A DNA stretch of 64,000 nt from a bacterium (lineage in GTDB: Bacteria; Hydrothermota; Tepidihabitantia; SM23-42; JAOAFX01): assembly GCA_049700315.1 (NCBI GenBank), contig JBNAVN010000003.1, forward strand, positions 8,724 to 72,723, read 5' to 3'. Under the pieces are notes generated by a model that saw nothing but the letters and a program-made list of their open reading frames with translations, searched no databases and had not been told where the DNA came from. The position numbers and the translations under genes were made by a program. Below, piece after piece: positions 58,235 through 64,000 of this stretch; the first letter of the stretch is position 1; each line of letters opens with the position of its first letter.

Positions 58235-59363
58235 CTCTTATTTTCTCTAAAATTTCCTGAGGTGTGATTAGATTTCCGTCAACCCTGTTCACCTTCACTA
58301 CCTTGGTCATTGTCGCACATTCAACCTCCTGAGCAACCTGTCCCAGATTCATTTCCGGAACCACAAATTTCTTGATCTTCTTTGAAAGATTATTCAGTGC
58401 CTCATAAGGAAAAGGCCAGAGTACCAATATCTGCAATAAGCCAACTTTCAAACCCTGCGCCCTTGCCTCATGCATTGCCCTTCTTGCAGAACGAACACTT
58501 GAGCCATAGGAAACAAGGCATATTTCAGCATCTTCAAGGAATTCAGTCCTGTATGAAATAATCTCATTTTTGTACCTCTCAATCTTACGGTTTATCCGAC
58601 GGTACAACGCATCAATTTTTTTTGGATCGTTCGTCGGAAACCCAGTTTCATCGTGACTTAGACCTGTTACATTAAATCGATAGCCGGTTCCGTAATGGGC
58701 AATCGGTGGAATATCAGAATCAGTGGACTTGTAAGGAAGGTATTTTTCTGGTGGATCCGTAGTAAGAATTCTATCAACTATTTCTATTTCCTTATCATCA
58801 GGAATTACGATTTTTTCATTGATATGGCCCACAATTTCGTCAAGTAAGATAATCACTGGAACACGGTATTTCTCTGAAAAATTGAATGCCTTAATTGTCC
58901 ACCCATAAGTTTCCTGGACTGTTGACGGAGCTACTGCAATGACTGGATGGTCACCATGCGTGCCCCACCGTGCTTGCATTACATCTGCCTGGGAAGGAAG
59001 TGTAGGTAATCCTGTACTGGGTCCCCCACGTTGTACATTGACCACAACAACAGGGACTTCTGCCATTGATGCGTACCCAATATTTTCCTGCATTAAAGAA
59101 AATCCCGGTCCACTTGTTGCAGTCATTGACTTTAATCCTGCCATGGAAGCACCAATCAGTGCTCCCATTGAGGCAATTTCATCCTCCATTTGAATAAAAA
59201 CGCCACCCACTTCAGGTAATCTCTTTGATAGCACCTCAGCAATCTCTGAAGATGGCGTGATTGGATAACCCGCAAAAAAACGCATACCAGCAACAATTGC
59301 TGCCTCAGCACAGGCTTCGTTGCCAGTCATTATCTTTATTGCTTTACCTTCTGCTTTTCTCAT
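58221..59363 (-). CDS. 2-oxoacid:ferredoxin oxidoreductase alpha subunit
   Basis: MTGNEACAEAAIVAGMRFFAGYPITPSSEI N-terminus typical of OFOR alpha. 380 aa. Confidence 0.85.
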   Translation of the reverse strand: MRKAEGKAIKIMTGNEACAEAAIVAGMRFFAGYPITPSSEIAEVLSKRLPEVGGVFIQMEDEIASMGALIGASMAGLKSMTATSGPGFSLMQENIGYASMAEVPVVVVNVQRGGPSTGLPTLPSQADVMQARWGTHGDHPVIAVAPSTVQETYGWTIKAFNFSEKYRVPVIILLDEIVGHINEKIVIPDDKEIEIVDRILTTDPPEKYLPYKSTDSDIPPIAHYGTGYRFNVTGLSHDETGFPTNDPKKIDALYRRINRKIERYKNEIISYRTEFLEDAEICLVSYGSSVRSARRAMHEARAQGLKVGLLQILVLWPFPYEALNNLSKKIKKFVVPEMNLGQVAQEVECATMTKVVKVNRVDGNLITPQEILEKIRDVSL

Positions 59364-59411
59364 AATATGAGCTAAATCCTGATACCCTGATACCCTGATA
59401 TTCCACCCATC

Positions 59412-59615
59412 TCATATCTTCTCCACCTCAATCGCAAAATCAGGACAATATATTTCACACAATTGACAACCAGTGCAGGCTTCAGGATTGGCGACTTTTG
59501 CCTTATCTCTTTCCATTATCAGAACTTTCTTTGGACAAAATGCAACACATATTTCACAACCTTTGCACCATTTTTCGTTGATTTTCACTTCAAATTTCTG
59601 GGTGGAAACTGACAT
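59412..59615 (-). CDS. 2-oxoacid:ferredoxin oxidoreductase delta subunit (2x[4Fe-4S] ferredoxin)
   Basis: CKGCEICVAFCP and CTGCQLCEIYCP motifs. 67 aa. First gene of the four-gene operon. Confidence 0.7.
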   Translation of the reverse strand: MSVSTQKFEVKINEKWCKGCEICVAFCPKKVLIMERDKAKVANPEACTGCQLCEIYCPDFAIEVEKI

Positions 59616-59704
59616 ATATTTTATATTATATTCAAAAAATTCAATATGTCAAGAAATTTTTTCTTGACTTACATAAATGTTCAAATATAATTACAACAGA
59701 GAAA

Positions 59705-60178
59705 ATGCTGATTGTTTTTCTTTTGTTAACTCAGGTGTCCGATTCCATAGAACTACAGAAACCATTAACTGCATTTTATGAACAAGGATTTAAAGATGGA
59801 AAACATCTCGCTGAGAAAAAGTTCTATACAGGCTATTGTGTTGGTGGTTGTCTTATTGGCGCAAGTGGTGGATGTCTTGGCGCATTAGCATGCATTAAAA
59901 TATCAAAGAGTGCTGATTTGGATGGAATAGTTTACTGTTCAGCTGCAGGTAGTTTTGTTGCAGAAGTATTATTGTATCGCAAGCCCAGAATAGATACTCT
60001 TCCCGGAAACATAACATCAAGAGATTCTTTGTACATTAAAGAAATTATTGATGGCTACAATAAAATTGCCGGACCAAGAAAGACTATATACTCGGCTGGT
60101 GGCTGGATTATCGGTAGTGCCCTTTCTTTAGGTATTATGTACTTTGTCTTTGGAGTTCTGAGCGGAATTGATATATAG
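59705..60178 (+). CDS. Hypothetical membrane/secreted Gly-Cys-rich protein
   Basis: N-terminal hydrophobic segment. GYCVGGCLIGASGGCLGALAC glycine-zipper-like stretch. C-terminal TM. Confidence 0.35.
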   Translation: MLIVFLLLTQVSDSIELQKPLTAFYEQGFKDGKHLAEKKFYTGYCVGGCLIGASGGCLGALACIKISKSADLDGIVYCSAAGSFVAEVLLYRKPRIDTLPGNITSRDSLYIKEIIDGYNKIAGPRKTIYSAGGWIIGSALSLGIMYFVFGVLSGIDI

Positions 60179-60209
60179 TAAATCAATTCAATGTTCCTGT
60201 TAGAAAGGT

Positions 60210-63119
60210 CTATTCGTAACACATAGATGCTATAAGTTTCTTGATCGTTTCGCTTACACCTGTACGGGTGTCACAAAATCTTTTGTACAATTCTTCTTCA
60301 TTACCAAAATTCATTGTTAGCACCACATTCTTTAAGCCTTCTTTTGTTATTACATCTGTTGCGCCGATTGTCAAACGATAGATATCCCTGATTGTTTTAA
60401 GAAAATTAAAACTATCAGATAAAAAATTAAATTCACTCTGATATCTGGGCATTTTCTGCGCAAGAATCTCAAACAATTTTGAATTTACGGGTTCAGTGAT
60501 TTCCAAATGTGCTTTCAAAATAAGCATTATCATTTCTATATCTCGTAGACCACCGGGGCATTCCTTTATGTCTATTCCTGAGTTGATATATTCTTTTTCC
60601 GAATGGCGTGAATTCATCTCATTTATCATTCTCTTTATATAAATCTCTTTTTTATCAAAGATTAGAGGCTGAATAATTGTTCTTAGAAACTCCCTTGCAA
60701 ATCGATGTGATCCTGCAATCAGACGCGCACCGAGTATTTGTGATTGTTCAATAAATATATCGGGTCTATCTTCATTAAGTAATTGTTCAATTTCTCTTAT
60801 AATGATTACAAATCTTCCGAAATATTCAGCAAATCTATGATGAGGGATTGTTCCGCGTTTTATTATCTCAGCATTCATTTTGCTTATTACTTTGTTAGAA
60901 TACGAAAGCAAATCAGGATCTTCTGAATTCAGTAACACAATTAAATCATAATCATCATCATAAGCCTGTTCCCTTGCGTGCCCGCCTACCGCAAATATTG
61001 CCAGTACATCCTCCGTAATAATTCTTCTGCTGAATTCTACATCAGTCTCTTCACGGCAAATATCATAGAGAGTTCTAATGTACTGGTCAGCAAATTCAAT
61101 ATATTCGGTATTTGTGAGGTGAATTGGAGCCCCTCTCAAAGTGGCAAGGGATACTCTGACCATCTCAAAATCATAATATTCGCCAAGTTTTCTTATTTTT
61201 TCGCTAAATGTGCGCATTGAATTTGTATCACTATAAATCCCCTCGGCAAATTCCCTTAAAAAATCAGGGTCTTTCAAAAATCTCAAGCATTCAGGATATT
61301 TGTTTGTTATTCTTACAAAAAATCTTTTGAGAAAATAGCTGGATGAAAGATATATTTGAATCAAATTTTTCAACTCATCAACAATTGTAGCAACTTCCTC
61401 TTCATATATCCTTGCCTCTAATGTCTGAATATATCGCTTGAGATTCTCTGGTGTCTCAAAAGAAAACAACTTATTTAAAAGGTCTGGATACCGTGAAAAA
61501 ACAAAGGCAATGTGCCTGACGGCATCCGGAATCAAATCTATATTGTTTAGAAATTCCTTATTCAACATTTGGTATATACCAGTAGAACATTTGTTCTTAC
61601 CCAGTGCGGAAAGAAAAGTAAGTAGTGTATAAAAGTCAAATTTCAACCATTCAATATATTTTTCCACAATCGCATTTTGCTCCAAAGGAACCAGTCTGTA
61701 AAAATCATCTGAGAACTTGCTCAATACTCGCTCACTTCCAAAATCATCAAGTATATCATCCCAGTAAGAAGTTCCTCTGAAAAATCTAAATTTCTCAATA
61801 AAATCGTAAACTAAATTCCCTTGATAGTTACTCTCAAATAATTGAATAAATAACGAATTTTTTTTCAAATGATATTTCAGATCATCTAACAAATGTGGTA
61901 TAACTCTACGAATATTCTGAATATGCTCATAATAATGTACGAGAAGATGCTCTTCCGCATGACACAGTCCGATATCTGTATATCCAACTAATTGGGCAAT
62001 TTTTCTCATATTCTTAAGGACAGCATCATCTATAACAATTTCTTCGTCCTGGGTAACAAACATCTGATAAAGATAGCGAAATATTTCAATGAAGGTTAAT
62101 GATTTCTCAAGTATGTCATATTCTGCTGATCTTTTAGGATCAACCTGTTTCAATTCATCTATGATGTCCCAGGCGTTTACCTTCCAGATATTAAAGACTG
62201 TTTTTTTAGCGGAAATAATGCTCTTTGTTGGTCTCAGACCGTCTTCTTTGAAATTTATGTACGATTTACTGATAGGTCGAGCTAAAAGAGCGCGCACTTC
62301 ACCAAGGATACCACGTAAATAACCTTCATGATATTTCATATCACCATCTGGATGATAAAAATAATGTAAAATTACCTCATTCTGAAATTGTTTAAATAAC
62401 TCATTATCTCCAACAATAACTGCTGCCCCGAGCATTTCATTTATAATCACGAAATCCCTTAATTCCTGTTTTAATGACTCCTTGAACTCATCAATTGAAG
62501 CAGAATAGTGCTCACTTCCGATATGTTCAGATAAGTGAAAGTGCAATGATACTGCATATTTTAACATCTCTTTACTCATTCTTGCAATCGCCTTATTAAA
62601 ACAAATACGATTGTTTGAACCATCGTCAATAATTCCTATGTCAATATCATCCTGGTCAGATTTTGTGCCTACACCCATAATAACAAACTTCGGAAATTCC
62701 ATTTTTTCTTCAAATATGTTTAGCAATTCTTCAATATACGCAGCGGTCAGATAGCGAAATTGATTCCCTGCACGGCGCATAAACTGTTTGTAAACCTGCG
62801 TTCTATCAATATCAGAAGAGAGCAATTCCATCTTCAACATATCAACCAACTGTCGGTTCATCCATAATAGATGAAGGGCAAAATAAGCACCAATGAAATT
62901 GAATTTTTCTTCTGTTGACTTAGCGACACCAGCCACAATTTTTAGTTCTTCTGGAAAATTATTTGAAGGATGTAAGAAATGAATCATTTCACGCTTCTTA
63001 CATATCTCAATGTTTTCCAACATCGGTTCGTAAAATCGCTTCACCGCCTGAAGTTGTTTGCGATAATGATTACCAAACTCTTGTGTCTTTTCAGAAACAA
63101 TCGTTAAAAAGTCTTTCAT
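60210..63119 (-). CDS. GlnE/GlnD-like tandem nucleotidyltransferase (putative protein adenylyl-/uridylyltransferase), 969 aa
   Basis: Two Pol-beta NTase signatures (VIMGVGTKSDQDDIDIGII and FAVGGHAREQAYDDDYDLIVLL). GGLRDIEMIM resembling the GlnE GGxRDIEF motif. No HD domain. Confidence 0.45.
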   Translation of the reverse strand: MKDFLTIVSEKTQEFGNHYRKQLQAVKRFYEPMLENIEICKKREMIHFLHPSNNFPEELKIVAGVAKSTEEKFNFIGAYFALHLLWMNRQLVDMLKMELLSSDIDRTQVYKQFMRRAGNQFRYLTAAYIEELLNIFEEKMEFPKFVIMGVGTKSDQDDIDIGIIDDGSNNRICFNKAIARMSKEMLKYAVSLHFHLSEHIGSEHYSASIDEFKESLKQELRDFVIINEMLGAAVIVGDNELFKQFQNEVILHYFYHPDGDMKYHEGYLRGILGEVRALLARPISKSYINFKEDGLRPTKSIISAKKTVFNIWKVNAWDIIDELKQVDPKRSAEYDILEKSLTFIEIFRYLYQMFVTQDEEIVIDDAVLKNMRKIAQLVGYTDIGLCHAEEHLLVHYYEHIQNIRRVIPHLLDDLKYHLKKNSLFIQLFESNYQGNLVYDFIEKFRFFRGTSYWDDILDDFGSERVLSKFSDDFYRLVPLEQNAIVEKYIEWLKFDFYTLLTFLSALGKNKCSTGIYQMLNKEFLNNIDLIPDAVRHIAFVFSRYPDLLNKLFSFETPENLKRYIQTLEARIYEEEVATIVDELKNLIQIYLSSSYFLKRFFVRITNKYPECLRFLKDPDFLREFAEGIYSDTNSMRTFSEKIRKLGEYYDFEMVRVSLATLRGAPIHLTNTEYIEFADQYIRTLYDICREETDVEFSRRIITEDVLAIFAVGGHAREQAYDDDYDLIVLLNSEDPDLLSYSNKVISKMNAEIIKRGTIPHHRFAEYFGRFVIIIREIEQLLNEDRPDIFIEQSQILGARLIAGSHRFAREFLRTIIQPLIFDKKEIYIKRMINEMNSRHSEKEYINSGIDIKECPGGLRDIEMIMLILKAHLEITEPVNSKLFEILAQKMPRYQSEFNFLSDSFNFLKTIRDIYRLTIGATDVITKEGLKNVVLTMNFGNEEELYKRFCDTRTGVSETIKKLIASMCYE

Positions 63120-63854
63120 TTAATGTTGTAGTATTTTCAAAACAAAATCGGGAATCTCAATATTGCCGTAACCAATCTCAGGTGCAAGTCTTAAAATTGT
63201 GAGAAGTCTATCCTTAAATTCCATTTCTCTGTTTATCCCTATGATTTTTTGCTGAACATACTCCCAGAATTTCTCGTTTGTCAATTCTCTTAAATAAACG
63301 ATGTATATATGCCTTATATCAACACTCATATCTACTTTTAAGTCAATGTCCTTTACAAGACGGGGAGAAAGAACTTTTTCCACAAATAAATCATAGGGGT
63401 GGGCAAGATATAGCTCAATTGGAAATTTACCATCTTTTAATTCAATTACGGCAGCATAAGGCTTTAGCTTTGAAATCTTTTCAGTATAGAACTCAAAAAC
63501 ACCTTCCCTCAAAATATAATCAACATTAAACCAGGTCCTGGTAAATGACCATGCAGTATGAAAACTCGTAATTTTTTCACTTATCATCAGTTCATCATCA
63601 TAATTTACAATCTGAAGATTGTGTGATTTGGGACGGTTAATAAATTCCTTCAAACGATTTGCATTTTTGAATAACAAATCAATATCCCAGAATGCTGTAT
63701 ATTTTAAATAACCCTGGATTAATAGAGATAAAGCACCTATTATAATAAAGTTTAAATCGTTTTTATCCTGTAATTTAGATACTTCAGCAAGAACTCTAAT
63801 AAAATTCAATCGCCTCTTTTCATCAACAAAATTCAACCAATCAGGAACTGACAT
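63120..63854 (-). CDS. Minimal nucleotidyltransferase-like protein, translationally coupled to the GlnE-like gene
   Basis: FIIIGALSLLIQGYLKYTAFWDIDLLF fits hG[AS]-x(n)-DhDh. Its stop TAA directly abuts the ATG of the 969-aa gene. Confidence 0.4.
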   Translation of the reverse strand: MSVPDWLNFVDEKRRLNFIRVLAEVSKLQDKNDLNFIIIGALSLLIQGYLKYTAFWDIDLLFKNANRLKEFINRPKSHNLQIVNYDDELMISEKITSFHTAWSFTRTWFNVDYILREGVFEFYTEKISKLKPYAAVIELKDGKFPIELYLAHPYDLFVEKVLSPRLVKDIDLKVDMSVDIRHIYIVYLRELTNEKFWEYVQQKIIGINREMEFKDRLLTILRLAPEIGYGNIEIPDFVLKILQH

Positions 63855-64000
63855 ACTTCATCCCTTAAATATGAGAATTGAAGATAATCTGTGCCAGATT
63901 TTCATAATCTCTGCTATCAATGAAATGCAATTCATATTTCATTATAATTAAAGAAAAGAATAAAGTCAAGGTGGGCATAAAAGAGCAATTGTTTTAAAAC

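Noticed and set aside
63120-63122. 244-aa NTase and 969-aa GlnE-like ORFs being one gene split by a nonsense codon (TAA immediately followed by in-frame ATG)
   Set aside because: Stop-start abutment with a proper ATG is a normal coupling arrangement and both parts have independent NTase signatures. Kept as two genes but flagged in findings.

Overview
The window is an AT-rich, gene-dense bacterial chromosomal segment, probably from a diderm organism: it carries a pilMNOPQ secretin operon and an M1 peptidase ending in a T9SS-like sorting domain. I can support about 70 protein genes from sequence motifs. They include hydrogenase maturation hypF-hypC, polA, a thrS-infC-rpmI-rplT-pheS-pheT-zapB-zapA-rny run, tdh and kbl, the type IV pilus assembly operon, rsmD-coaD, an hpf-hprK-EIIA(Man) regulatory PTS module, a cold-shock gene, a four-subunit 2-oxoacid:ferredoxin oxidoreductase and an envelope polysaccharide cluster. 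I see no rRNA, tRNA, CRISPR array or obvious mobile element. Observations that stood out: (1) an 18-codon polylysine mini-gene with a consensus promoter, strong SD and a perfect bidirectional terminator, next to csp; (2) a ~450 bp ORF-free, GC-richer, repeat-bearing segment upstream of polA; (3) a NUDIX-PanD fusion ORF inside a tightly coupled four-gene operon with a radical SAM enzyme; (4) acpS, an AMP ligase and a DltC-like carrier protein inserted between tdh and kbl, followed by an FAD amine oxidase; (5) two minimal Pol-beta-type nucleotidyltransferases, one split by an in-frame TAG and one translationally coupled to a 969-aa GlnE-like tandem nucleotidyltransferase; (6) a -1 frameshift in tgt at a T homopolymer; (7) recurrent TTGACA-N16-TATAAT promoters with the start codon 5 to 6 nt downstream, implying leaderless mRNAs for many genes; (8) structured elements in front of rny and rplT. 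All calls rest on reading the provided translations and DNA by eye; no database searches were run.
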